A stretch of 64,000 nucleotides of DNA, from assembly GCA_963778655.1 (NCBI GenBank), contig CAVZVA010000009.1, forward strand, positions 640,001-704,000, written 5' to 3'. The position numbers were made by a program, and so were the translations under genes. Each line of letters starts with the position of its first letter. The first letter of the stretch is position 1. Shown here piece by piece: positions 1 through 9,577 of the stretch. The DNA is from an uncultured delta proteobacterium. GTDB lineage: Bacteria; Myxococcota_A; Polyangia; Polyangiales; JAFGIB01. The notes under the pieces are model-generated. The model was not told the origin of the DNA. It made no database searches and worked only from the letters and a program-made list of their open reading frames with translations.

Positions 1-130
1 GCGCCTCCGTGCCCTCGGCGACGGCGAGCGCCAGGGTCGTCTTGCCGACCTGGCGCGGCCCGAGCAGGGCCACGGCGGCCTGGCGCTCCAGGGCCGCCCG
101 TACCTCAGGGAGGGCCCGGCGCGGTATCAT
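1..130 (-). CDS. AAA+ ATPase (AAA_14/DUF4143 family), N-terminal part; runs off the window edge
   Basis: My translation from ATG at 130: MIPRRALPEVRAALERQAAVALLGPRQVGKTTLALA. The Walker A context GPRQVGKTTL is typical of this family. Confidence 0.75.
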   Translation of the reverse strand, partial: MIPRRALPEVRAALERQAAVALLGPRQVGKTTLALAVAEGTEA

Positions 131-168
131 CCTTGCATATTGAACACTTCGAATTCAATTTGCAAGGA
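130..168. promoter_or_regulatory. AT-rich inverted repeat abutting the ATPase start codon; putative operator
   Basis: TCCTTGCATATTGAA-N9-TTCAATTTGCAAGGA: 15-bp arms with one mismatch. Confidence 0.5.
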
Positions 169-306
169 CTATCACGGGCTGGTGGGGGGTATCTACTCGC
201 CGCTCCGCACCCCCCGCGTTTTCGCAGGCCCGCGGCGCGCAGCCGAGGCGCCGGCCGCTGCTCGGGCAGGCTCGGCGCCCCCGGCTGCGCGGCTGCGCGT
301 CGCGGC

Positions 307-1509
307 TCAGCTGTTGTGGGCGGCCTTCCATGCCTTGGGCATGAGCGCGGGGACTTCGTGCTGCTCGATGCCGCGCGCGAGCCTGGGCAGCACGTCGCCG
401 AGGTAGGCGATCGGATTGACGTCACACAGGTCGCAGCTGGCCAAGATCGAGAACGCGATCGCGGCGCGCTCGCCACCGGCGTGCGAGCCGGCAAAGAGAA
501 ACCCGCGGCGCGCGATCGCCGGCCTGCGATGCAAGCGCTCGACGAGCGTGTTGTCGATGGGCAGCGCGCCGTCATCGAGGAAGCGACCGAGCGCGATGTG
601 GTGGTTCAGCATGTAGCCGATCGCCTGAGCGATCGGTGTCTTGGGTGGCTCGTGCGGGCGATAGGTCCGGCACCACGCGAGCAGCTCGTCGTAGATCGGC
701 CGCGAGCGCGCGCGGCGTAGCGCCGTGCGCTCATCGACGCCCAACGCTTGGCCAAGCTCTTCGATCTCATAGAGCCGCTTGAATGCCGCCAGCGGCAGCG
801 CCGCGCGTGTATCACCGGCGTCGAGCGCTTCGACGAAGCCGCGGCGCGCGTGCGCGTTGCACCCGACCTCGATCAGCTCTGGCCGCTGAAAGCTCTTGTC
901 GAACAGCCCCGCGGCGTCGGCCACGGTAGGCCCGGCGCGCATGCGCAGAAAGTCCTCGGGGCCCAGCTCGCCGATGCGCTGGCCGTTCTTCTTCGCGGTC
1001 GAGGTGTAGAGGTATGCCGCGACCTCGCCGTCGCCGACGTACGCGTGCAGCGTGCCGATCCGCACGCCGTAGCCGTGCTCCTTGTCCCGCACCGGGATGC
1101 TCGTGCCGTCGAGCTGCATGACCGTGGCGGCGAGCGCCTGGCTCTGCGCGTGGTCCCACAGCGGGCGCAGCAGGTCCGTTGCCCAGCACACTTGGTCCGA
1201 GCACGAGGCGCTCGGCATGTCGAGCCCGAGCCACGCCAGCTCCTGCCGTTGGCGGTTCAGCGGCATCCCGTGGTGGTACTTGTCGACCAGCAGCTTGGCC
1301 ACCAGCGCAGAGCCATAGATGCCGCCGGCGACGACCTTGTCGCCCAGAGGCGCCCGCACCAGCTCCCCTTCGCACTGCTCGCACGCGAGCTTCTCCCGAC
1401 GGTCGAGGCGCACCACCACCTCGGCCGGGATGAGGTCGACCGCTCGCAGCCCACGCCGTGCGGTAGCGCCGCGAGGAGGCGTCGTCATGGCGAGAGCGAG
1501 GTGCGTCAC
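307..1509 (-). pseudogene. tnpC: IS66 family transposase TnpC, 5'-truncated (homology begins near 1440; no tnpA/tnpB)
   Basis: Motifs KLACEQCE, KYHHGMPLNRQ, LDGTS, GCNAHARRGF, PIDNTLVERLHR and FLFAGSHAGGERAA. The N-terminal leucine zipper is absent. Confidence 0.88.
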
Positions 1510-2671
1510 TTTCGCCGATCGCGCCGCCGCTGCGAAGGCTGCGGTCGGGCGAGTGGGTACCCGACAAGCGAAGGCGGCGGATGGTGTTGGTCACTCCGGC
1601 GGGCCCGTTCTCGACCCAGTAGACGTAGCTCGAGTCAAAGCTGAACCCGGGTGCGAAGCTCGCTGTGTTGGCGCCGAGCTTATACTGGTACCCGCCGTTG
1701 ACCGACACGGATCCTGCTGCACTGGGGCAACGGGGGCACGGACAGCTGCATCCCCCCGGAAGTCAGCACCACGTCTGGAACGTCACAGCCAGCACTGTTG
1801 GTGTGCACAAACACCGAATAGTGGGGCCCAAGTGCACGGCGATGTCGTTGTGCACCCCGCTCCACAGCGGGTAGACCTGACAGGGACGGCACCAGCGTGC
1901 CTGTTGGGCGACGTCGCCTTCGAAGCGATCGATCGGTTCGCTCAGCTTCCGATTGCAGCCCCTCTCACACGGCCGCAGCGCGACGCGGCCATCCAGATTT
2001 GGCGAGCTGCACACTTTGGCACGCGCGAAGGCGCATGGAGCTTGTCGAGCACGGACTGTGCCAGACGCTCCCGGAAGCTTTTACGATCACGACGCGCTCT
2101 GCACCTGTGCGAACCTCAAAACAAACTCAATTCGCTCATCCCAGACTCCTGTCCCCTCGACGCGTGCACTGACGTGTTCGGAATGCGACTGCCGACGTGC
2201 ACCTGTTCGAGCGCTGGCAACGGCAGCGACCCGCTCTCATGCGACCGCATCGCTTCTGCGCCGCTCCAGGTGACGAACCACAGCATGTCATTGGACTCGA
2301 CACCACAGGTGTCATGGTGAAGCACGCGCGTTCATCGGCGCGCAGGTTGAAGCCAGTGTCGAAAGCCTCTGTACGGAGATGAATCCGCCTCGTGCGGGAA
2401 TGCAGCGCGATCTGGACCGCTTGTTTCGTGCGGTCTGGAGCGCCCGGGCTCACGCCCGGCGCGTCGTGCGTCTGGTCCCGAATCGACGCCGACCAGAGCT
2501 GCCAGGGGTAAAGCTGGCCACCTACAGCACCACGGGTTCTCCTCGTGAACGCGGGAACCGCCATCCGAGCGCCAGAGGTCGCGTCTCTGGCAAGCCGCCA
2601 AGCCCGGCGATGTTTCGGAGGCGGGACGGAGCCGTCGTAGCGCAACCGCGGACGGCGCACCGCGGGTCACG

Positions 2672-4111
2672 GTGAGGCAAGTGCTGCGCTCGGGGGTCGA
2701 GCCATTCTTGCAGCAGGTCCGCGTGGACCTGCGCGCTGGCGTGTTTCGACCAAGCCCGGTTCGCCGGGTGCTCATTCCGAAAGCGGGCAAACCCGGGAAG
2801 TTCCGCCCTCTGGGGATCCCCACCGTGCAAGACAGGGTCGTTCAGGCCGCAGTGAAGAACATCATGGGGCCCATCTTCGAGGCGGACTTCTACCCCACCT
2901 CGTATGGCTTTCGACCTGCCAAGTCCGTTCACGGGGCCATTGCGCATCTCAAAATGCTGATGCTCCCGAGACCAGACCGACGCGCAAAGAAGCCCGATGT
3001 GCTCCCGTACCAGTGGGCGATTGAAGGCGATATCAAGGGTTGCTTCGACAACATCGGCCATCACGGTCTGATGCAGCGGGTTCGACGACGTGTCACGGAC
3101 ACGAAGCTCAACCGGCTCGTCCTGGCATTCCTGAAAGCGGGGATCCTCTCGGAGGCGCGGTTTGTGCGCTCTCCGAGCGGCACACCGCAAGGAGGGATTC
3201 TTTCTCCCCTACTCGCCAACATCGCGCTGAGCACCATCGACGAGCGGTACGAACGCCATGCTTGGCCACGTGGGCTCGCCACCCGGCGCTCTCACGTGGG
3301 TCGACCGAGCAAAGCGCTCACCGAGCCCGACGACATTGCCCAGCGCGCGCTCGTCAATCGCGCCAACGACAGGCGGCGCGGTTTTCCGGTCTTGATGCCG
3401 ATTCGGTACGCCGATGACTTCATCATCTTGGTCAGCGAACCCGCCGGCGCCCCCGCTGGCGGGCAACTCGCGAACCAAGAGAAGGCCGCCTTGGCGGGTG
3501 TGCTCGAGCGCGAGCTCGACCTCACGCTCTCCGAGGAAAAGACGCTCGTCACGCCGGTGACGAGCACGATGGCGTTCCTGGGCCACCACGTGCGCGTACG
3601 ACGCCACCCGAGCTCCGGGCGACTCGTAGCCCACGCGGTGATCCCCAAGGATCGCTCGAAGCGGTTGAGGCTGTCCATCAAGGCGATCTTCTCGAGGGCA
3701 ACCACGAGAAGTACGCTCCAGCAACGGCTGACGCTGCTGAATCCCGTGATCAGAGGCTGGACCAACTTCTACCGACATGCCTGGGGAGCGAAGCGAGTCC
3801 TGCGCTTCACCGACCACTATGTCTGGTGGGCCATCCACCGATGGCTTCGCAAGAAGCACCCACAGACTCCGATGCGGCAGCTCTACAGGCGATACGGGTG
3901 GCGCAAGCCCCGCGGACGCATGCTCAGATGGCGCGATGGGGCGACCCGTCCTTTCATCATGGCAAGCGTTCGGGTCCGGCCCTACCGGTTCGCTTGGCAG
4001 ACGACCCCCGACTTTGCGTCAACATCTGCGGAGAGCCCGGTGCGTAACGAAAGGCGCACGCCGGGTTCGGTGAGGGGCACGCGCAAACCTGCTCGGGGTC
4101 GACCCGAGTAA
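2672..4111 (+). CDS. ltrA: Group II intron reverse transcriptase/maturase; no endonuclease domain, N-terminus truncated
   Basis: RRVLIPK..GKFRPLGIPTVQDRVVQ, SYGFRP, EGDIKGCFDNI, GTPQGGILSPLLANI, RYADD, and X domain LNPVIRGWTNFY. Confidence 0.93.
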   Translation: MRQVLRSGVEPFLQQVRVDLRAGVFRPSPVRRVLIPKAGKPGKFRPLGIPTVQDRVVQAAVKNIMGPIFEADFYPTSYGFRPAKSVHGAIAHLKMLMLPRPDRRAKKPDVLPYQWAIEGDIKGCFDNIGHHGLMQRVRRRVTDTKLNRLVLAFLKAGILSEARFVRSPSGTPQGGILSPLLANIALSTIDERYERHAWPRGLATRRSHVGRPSKALTEPDDIAQRALVNRANDRRRGFPVLMPIRYADDFIILVSEPAGAPAGGQLANQEKAALAGVLERELDLTLSEEKTLVTPVTSTMAFLGHHVRVRRHPSSGRLVAHAVIPKDRSKRLRLSIKAIFSRATTRSTLQQRLTLLNPVIRGWTNFYRHAWGAKRVLRFTDHYVWWAIHRWLRKKHPQTPMRQLYRRYGWRKPRGRMLRWRDGATRPFIMASVRVRPYRFAWQTTPDFASTSAESPVRNERRTPGSVRGTRKPARGRPE

Positions 4112-4132
4112 GGCGCCGCGTGCCCACTCTAC
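4033..4132 (+). ncRNA. Group II intron catalytic domains V and VI
   Basis: GAGCCCGGTGCGTAACGAAAGGCGCACGCCGGGTTCGGTGAGGGG...CCCACTCTAC; AGC triad and terminal AC. Confidence 0.92.
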
Positions 4133-4245
4133 AGAGCCTACCTTCCCCCGGCGGCAGGCCGCGATCCCGTCGGCGGACGCCGGGCGTCAGCGCCGCTTCC
4201 AAGAACACGCTGCCCGAGAGAACGCGCTGCCGAGAAAACGCGCGG

Positions 4246-4324
4246 GGCAGATGATCGATGATCGGGAGGGTCGTCCTTCTCGCACCGCCAGCCGGGAGTT
4301 ATCGATGTATCGAGGACCGTCCCC
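4246..4324 (+). repeat. Dispersed island repeat (GGCAGATGATC ... GTTATCGATGTATCGAGGACCGTCCCC)
   Basis: The 27-mer at 4298-4324 is identical to 14265-14291 and 14350-14376. Confidence 0.8.
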
Positions 4325-4391
4325 GTCATGCGCGCGCGTGGAGCGCGAGCAGCCTGACCCGTGGGTCGCGGCTGCGGGCACTGATCTCTTC

Positions 4392-5633
4392 GTGAGCAGG
4401 TCGTCAGGCCGGGCGGGTGGACACCCCCTGCGAGTGTGGATCGCCGGGTGCGGGTGGCTCGTGGTGATCGCGACGGGATGCGGTGCGGGCTCCGCAGGCT
4501 CGGAAGCAACCGTGGGCCTACCCTGGTGCTCGCCTGGCCAGGCGAGCGACTGCCTCTGCACGGACGGCACGACACCGGGGCTTGCAGGCTGCGCTCCGTC
4601 CGGGGCCGGCGCGAACGGCAATGTGACCACGGGCGGCGGCATGGGAAACGCCGGCGCGGCGCCGGTGATGATGACAATGACGCCGCCGGGCGGCAGCGCG
4701 GGTGGCATGGCCCCGATGTGGGACGCCGGCATACCCGACGCGGGGAGCGGCGCCGCGGGCGCGGGCCCGACGGGGACGGGCGGAGCCATGGCGGGCATGG
4801 GCGGAGCGGGCCAGGGCGGCAGCGGCGGGACGGGGATGGCTGGCGACGCCGGCACAAGCGACGCCGGAAGCGGCGGCATGGGTGCCACCGACTGCGGTCA
4901 GGGCGGCATGATAGGCACGGCGAGCAATGCCGGCGGCAGCCAGGGCCGCGGCTACGCAAGCGTCCAGTTCACGCTATCCGCGGGCAACCAGATCTCGAGC
5001 CTGCGCACGACCTTGGAAACGCCGGTCAAGGCCAACGGCAACAGCACGCTGTTCGTGTGGCCGGGACTCGAGCCGCTGCAGGGCCAAAACTACGCCCCGA
5101 TCGGGACCGGCGTGTTGCAGCCGGTGCTGACCTGGGGCGGCTCGTGCGCGCCTGGCTCACCGCAGGTCGGAAGCGTCACCAACTGGTGGATCTCCGCGCA
5201 GTACGTCAACACGCTCGGCTCCGACCCCGACTACCAGGGCTGCAAGGGCGGGTCGGTCATGAACGTGGGATTCGGCGATCCCTTGCTGATCGAGATGAGC
5301 CTGAGCGGCACGGTCTGGAGCCAGGTCGTCACCGATCAGGTGAACGGGAAGTCGGTGGACTTCGACATCGACATGATGAGCCAGCCCCAGCGCTGGGCCC
5401 TGTTCGAGATCGAGATGCCGACCTCGACCCGGCCCGCGTCGGACGTCGTATTCACGAATACGGTGCTGACCTTCGCCACTCCGGAGCCGAACGCCTGCCA
5501 GCCCTCGTCACGCGGGACGAACGACTATTTCTCGGCGCCCGTCGCCTCGAGCGACGGCTTGCGGTGCTGCGTGTCGCGCCTGGTGTTGCGCGCGCAGGGC
5601 GTGGCGGCCACGACCCAAGATCCGCCGCCCTGA
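4392..5633 (+). CDS. Putative lipoprotein with Gly/Met-rich linker and C-terminal beta-rich domain
   Basis: Lipobox-like LVVIATG-C, a small Cys motif, a long GG/AG linker, and C-domain TLFVWPGLEP...VLQPVLTWGGSCAP...WWISAQYVN. Start uncertain (4251, 4392 or 4434). Confidence 0.75.
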   Translation: MSRSSGRAGGHPLRVWIAGCGWLVVIATGCGAGSAGSEATVGLPWCSPGQASDCLCTDGTTPGLAGCAPSGAGANGNVTTGGGMGNAGAAPVMMTMTPPGGSAGGMAPMWDAGIPDAGSGAAGAGPTGTGGAMAGMGGAGQGGSGGTGMAGDAGTSDAGSGGMGATDCGQGGMIGTASNAGGSQGRGYASVQFTLSAGNQISSLRTTLETPVKANGNSTLFVWPGLEPLQGQNYAPIGTGVLQPVLTWGGSCAPGSPQVGSVTNWWISAQYVNTLGSDPDYQGCKGGSVMNVGFGDPLLIEMSLSGTVWSQVVTDQVNGKSVDFDIDMMSQPQRWALFEIEMPTSTRPASDVVFTNTVLTFATPEPNACQPSSRGTNDYFSAPVASSDGLRCCVSRLVLRAQGVAATTQDPPP

Positions 5634-5678
5634 GCTCGCGCCGCGAGCGCGATGAGAGGGGACGGATTTCACCGGGCT

Positions 5679-5776
5679 GGCAGATGATCGATCCTGGCCC
5701 CCGTATCGGCCGCTCTCTGTCGCGGTTGCGGTGGAAGGGGTCGGGAACGCGCTGGCAGATGATCGGCCAGATGATC
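5679..5776 (+). repeat. Dispersed island repeat: two GGCAGATGATC copies plus a partial third
   Basis: Copies at 5679 and 5754. Segment 5717-5764 aligns with the reverse complement of 16919-16982. Confidence 0.75.
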
Positions 5777-5779
5777 GGC

Positions 5780-6032
5780 AATGGCAGTCGGCGTCGATTC
5801 GGCATTTGTTTGCACCCTCGCAGTGGTTGCCGCCGGCACTGGAGGCGCTGTCGCGACAAACGCACAGCTCGTCATCGGAGCACTCCGAGTCGTCGGAGCA
5901 TCCGTCGTAGGAGCAGAAATTCAGCGGACCGAAGGTCGGCCGTGCCGCCCGGTCGACGCAGCGGCCGTTGTCGCCGGCGGTGCAATCCCAGTCGCTGCGA
6001 CACTCGAGGCCCGCGTCGAGGTCGACGCCGAG
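5780..6032 (-). pseudogene. Fragment of a Cys-rich myxobacterial-type secreted protein; no start codon
   Basis: My translation: LECRSDWDCTAGDNGRCVD...FCSYDGCSDDSECSDDELCVCRD...NHCEGANKCRIDADC. The Cys pattern stops at the repeat. Confidence 0.6.
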
Positions 6033-6033
6033 G

Positions 6034-6567
6034 CTATTGCGTCGGAAACCTCACGCGTAGGTCCGGGCAATCGCCGGCCAGGCCAAGCTTGGGCGACACG
6101 TACACGGTCCACTGGAGAGCACTGCGTCCGAGGAACACATGCACGCCAAGGCTCAGCGATGCGGTGGGAAGCCAATGCTCGCGGCAGTCGCCGCCCCAAG
6201 TCCACGGTACCCCGAGCCACCCCCCCACGAGCGGACTGCCCGTGCCGTGCTCGTCGACGGCGAAGCCCCCGGTCGCGCCGATGCTCAGGAAGAGGTCCGG
6301 ATAGCCCGGGGACGATTGCTGATAGCGGAGCGGTGCCGTCAGCGAGGGCTCGCCGGCCGCGTAGAGCTCCAGCACGGGCGCCCCCAATGGGCGGACCTCG
6401 CCGCCGAGCGTAGCGTTCAACACGCCCGCACCGGCACCGCCCTCCCAACCGAGGGCCACGCCTTCGCCCGCTGTGTAGCCCAGAATCGGCCCGGTCTGCG
6501 CATGTAGGCAGCCCGACGCGCTGGACGCGCAGACCACCGGTACGATCAGAGCCAATGAGATCCTCAT
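6034..6567 (-). CDS. Hypothetical lipoprotein / beta-rich exported protein
   Basis: Signal-like MRISLALIVPVVCASSASG-C followed by amphipathic beta segments. Confidence 0.6.
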   Translation of the reverse strand: MRISLALIVPVVCASSASGCLHAQTGPILGYTAGEGVALGWEGGAGAGVLNATLGGEVRPLGAPVLELYAAGEPSLTAPLRYQQSSPGYPDLFLSIGATGGFAVDEHGTGSPLVGGWLGVPWTWGGDCREHWLPTASLSLGVHVFLGRSALQWTVYVSPKLGLAGDCPDLRVRFPTQ

Positions 6568-6682
6568 CGATGCACGCCGTAGAAATGCTTTCACGGGTCG
6601 GCCGGCTCGCACTTGCTGCCATGGTATTTCTCATGCCCGCTTCGGTGCTAGTCTGGCGACCCGTTCGCCTGGAGGAAACGCA

Positions 6683-7672
6683 ATGCACGCCGCCGCCTAT
6701 GCCAAGCCCGGTCCCCCCGAGGTGCTCGTGTACCAGGAGCTACCCGACCCGGTGTGCGGCCCGCGCGACGTGGTCATCGACGTCCACGCCGTCAGCATAG
6801 AGGGCGGCGACGTGCTGGCCCGGGCCGGGGGCGTGGTGCGCCCCGACGGCAAGCCCCACGTGGGCGGCTACCTCGCCGCCGGCGTGATCACCGAGGTCGG
6901 CGCCGAGGTGCAGGACCGTCACGTCGGGCAGCGCGTCGCCACCTCGTCCAACGCCGGCTCTCACGCCTCGAAGCGCGCCGTACGCGCCAGCGTCGCCTGG
7001 CCCGTGCCCGACGGCCTGGACCTGACCCGGGCAGCGTGCATTCCCGTCCCGTTCGGGACCGCCGACGACTGCCTGTTCGAGTTCGGGCGTTTGCGAGCCG
7101 GCGAGTCGGTGCTGGTTCACGCCGGCGCAAGCGGCGTGGGTCTCGCCGCGATCCAACTCGCCAAGCGCGCGGGCGCGACCGTGCTCGCGACCGCCTCGTC
7201 GGACGAGAAGCTGCAGCGGTTGAAGGAGTACGGCCTCGATCACGGCATCAACTACACGCGTGGCAGCTTCGTCAAGGAAGCCAAGGAGCTGACCGGCGGC
7301 GGCCCGAACCTCGTCGTCGACTCGGTCGGCGGCAAGAACCTGGAGCGCAGCATGCACTGCGCCGCCTACCGCGGCCGCATCGTGAGCATGGGCAGCGCCG
7401 GCCGCGACTCCCACACTCCTTCACTCGCGGGCCTGATGGGCCAGAACAAGACCCTGATCAGCTACTACCAGGGCGCAGAGCTTTCTTCGCCGAGCCAGCG
7501 CGATCGCGCCCGCGCCAACGTCCAGCGCCTGATCGGCCTGGTCGCCGAGGGCCAGCTCCAGGTCGTCATCGACCGTACCTACAAGCTCTCCGAGGCCGCA
7601 AAGGCCCACGCCTACATCGAGAGCCGCAAGCAGTTCGGTCGCGTCGTGCTGATCCCCGACGAGCGCGTCTGA
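6683..7672 (+). CDS. NADPH:quinone oxidoreductase (MDR/zeta-crystallin family)
   Basis: GPPEVL, VLVHAGASGVGLAAIQLAK, AHAYIESRKQFGRVVL; GGAGGA RBS. Confidence 0.9.
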   Translation: MHAAAYAKPGPPEVLVYQELPDPVCGPRDVVIDVHAVSIEGGDVLARAGGVVRPDGKPHVGGYLAAGVITEVGAEVQDRHVGQRVATSSNAGSHASKRAVRASVAWPVPDGLDLTRAACIPVPFGTADDCLFEFGRLRAGESVLVHAGASGVGLAAIQLAKRAGATVLATASSDEKLQRLKEYGLDHGINYTRGSFVKEAKELTGGGPNLVVDSVGGKNLERSMHCAAYRGRIVSMGSAGRDSHTPSLAGLMGQNKTLISYYQGAELSSPSQRDRARANVQRLIGLVAEGQLQVVIDRTYKLSEAAKAHAYIESRKQFGRVVLIPDERV

Positions 7673-7887
7673 GCAGCGCCACGCGTTCGGCGAGTAGACG
7701 CGATCAGCCCTCGACGAATCTCCAGCTGTGACAAGCGGGTCGCCGCGACGTGCTCGGGCTCGATGGCGCAGCACTCGCGCACGAACGCATCGGTCTCGTT
7801 CACGAGCGCCTTGCCCTCGGGCCGAGAGCGTGCATGATGCCAGCGGCGCTTGGGCGCGGTGTCCGGCGCGCCACAGGAGGCGGTTCG

Positions 7888-8178
7888 ATGATCACGGTGA
7901 TCGCGCGGATGAAGGCGAAAGAAGGACATGAAGACGAGCTGGTGTCGGTTCTGCGCGAGCTCGCGGTGCTGGTTCGCGCGCAGGAGCCGGGCTGCGCGCT
8001 GTATCAGCTCGCGAAAGCGCAGGCGCCGCGCGAGTACGTGATGCTGGAGCGCTATGCGGACCAGCAAGCGCTCGCCGCGCACTCCCAGAGCGCATACTTC
8101 AAGGCCGCCATGCCGAGCCTGGGTGCAGCGCTCGAGGGCCGCGCCGCGATCGAGGTGCTGACCGAGCTCGACGCCTGA
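7888..8178 (+). CDS. Antibiotic biosynthesis monooxygenase (ABM) family protein
   Basis: MITVIARMKAKEG..EPGCALYQL..ERYADQQALAAH; AGGAGG RBS. Confidence 0.85.
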   Translation: MITVIARMKAKEGHEDELVSVLRELAVLVRAQEPGCALYQLAKAQAPREYVMLERYADQQALAAHSQSAYFKAAMPSLGAALEGRAAIEVLTELDA

Positions 8179-8304
8179 GCCTGGGATGGAATAGTTGGCT
8201 TCGGCGGCGAGTATCCTCACTCGCACCGCCCGGCACCGCGCCAAGCGCCACCGCTCTACACCGTTGAGCATGCAGTCGGCTCGCTGTTGGAGCGGCGGCG
8301 GTGA

Positions 8305-9129
8305 GTGTTGTCGTCCTTGCGCCGAAGGCCTGTGAAGTTTCTCTCTCCGCATGGCGCTTTTGTCGAAGTCTCTGTCGGAGATAGCGCGATCTGCGGGCGT
8401 CATACCGACGGGACCGTCACGTGCTGGGCCACTCCGCGAGGGCCTTGCCCTCGGCCCACCGACTGCGGCGCAACGAGCCCCACGGGAAGGCTCTTTGCGC
8501 AGGTCTCGTCGGGTTGGAGGCACAACTGCGGGATCCTCCAAGACGGAACGATCTCGTGCTGGGGCAACAACAACTGCGGTCAATTGAGAGCTCCACGCGG
8601 CCGTTTCGAGAGGGTCGCGGCGGGCTACGATGCCAGCTGCGCGATCCGGCGAAGCGGTGACGTCGTCTGTTGGGGCGGCAGAGCCGATCGCTCCATCCCG
8701 CCGAGCGACGGCGAAGCCCCAAAGCCCAAGCAGCCGTCGCCGAGAGACGCGTTCGTCGAAACGTCGACCGGCGGTTATGCCGCTTGCGGGCGGCGTGCCG
8801 ACGGGACCGTCAAGTGCTGGCCCATTCACCAGGCCGAGCACGACCCTAGCTGCTCACGGCTGGCAGATTGCGGAGCGGTCAGCCCGAAGGGGAAGAAGTT
8901 CACTCACATTGCGACTGGCCTCAAGCACAGCTGCGGCCTGATTGAGAGCGGGGAAATCTACTGTTGGGGCAACAACGATCACGGCCAGCTGAACGCACCT
9001 GCCGGCCCCTTCGCGCTGGTCACCTCAGCTGGTAATCGCAACTGCGCCCGCAGGTCGACAGGCGAGGTGGTTTGTTGGGGAGAGGGCACTGGACAGGACA
9101 AAGCACCTGCCCGAACGCATGAGCACTAA
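8305..9129 (+). CDS. RCC1/BLIP-II-like repeat protein; start uncertain, possibly 5'-truncated
   Basis: Repeated VSxG..H.CG...GT..CWGNN..GQL units. Confidence 0.75.
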   Translation: MLSSLRRRPVKFLSPHGAFVEVSVGDSAICGRHTDGTVTCWATPRGPCPRPTDCGATSPTGRLFAQVSSGWRHNCGILQDGTISCWGNNNCGQLRAPRGRFERVAAGYDASCAIRRSGDVVCWGGRADRSIPPSDGEAPKPKQPSPRDAFVETSTGGYAACGRRADGTVKCWPIHQAEHDPSCSRLADCGAVSPKGKKFTHIATGLKHSCGLIESGEIYCWGNNDHGQLNAPAGPFALVTSAGNRNCARRSTGEVVCWGEGTGQDKAPARTHEH

Positions 9130-9190
9130 CGGTCTGCGTGCGCCCCCGACCAGGGGTAGTGAACCGCCTCGGATCGGCCGGAAGAGACGC

Positions 9191-9287
9191 CGATCTTCCC
9201 CCGCTTTCATTGACACTCGCACTATGCCGCTTCGGCTTTGGACTTCAGCTGCAATTCGAACTCGATCGGACTGACGTACCCAAGGGA
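9191..9287 (-). mobile_element. IS3-family right-end remnant (last ~21 codons of OrfB plus terminal inverted repeat)
   Basis: Minus strand reads SLGYVSPIEFELQLKSKAEAA*, then GTGTCAATGAAAGCGGGGGAAGATCG. Confidence 0.7.
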
Positions 9288-9577
9288 TGCGCGATCCGCG
9301 CGATCACGATCGCGCGGTGCGCGCACGTTGGGACTGTGCCTGGCCAACGCCGTACGCAAGACTCCGTTTCCGCCGTTCCCTAAGCCGCTTTTCCGCTTCT
9401 CGTATAAGTTCCCGGCATGGATCCAAAAGTGGCTGCCGATCGCAAGGACGGCTGCCGTCTTGTGTCAGCCGAGGATCGCGATGGCCCGGACTTCGGCCGA
9501 TCTCAGAACGTCCCCACTGCCCCGGCCGGATCATCTGCCAGCTTCTGCCAGCGCAATAGGACCGCTCCTCTGCTCGC

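Larger units (their letters stand above)
2256..4132 (+). mobile_element. Group II intron (IIB-like), probably internally deleted; 5' boundary approximate
   Basis: Contains an RT/maturase ORF and clear domain V/VI ending ...CCCACTCTAC at 4132. Domain-I-like motifs upstream (GTGAACGCGGGAACC, GGAGCCGTCGTAG). The 5' end is a guess at CTGCG (2256). Confidence 0.85.

Noticed and set aside
189..215. Candidate IS66 right inverted repeat starting GTATCTACTCG
   Set aside because: The left end is missing, so there is no partner repeat or target duplication to confirm it.
1510..1900. Possible beta-propeller gene fragment on the minus strand (FSFDSSYVYWVE)
   Set aside because: Too short, with stops and no coherent upstream frame; cannot be supported.
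2672..4111. Retron, DGR or defence-type reverse transcriptase
   Set aside because: The X/maturase domain and domain V/VI RNA identify a group II intron. No VTG motif or template/variable repeat pair was seen.
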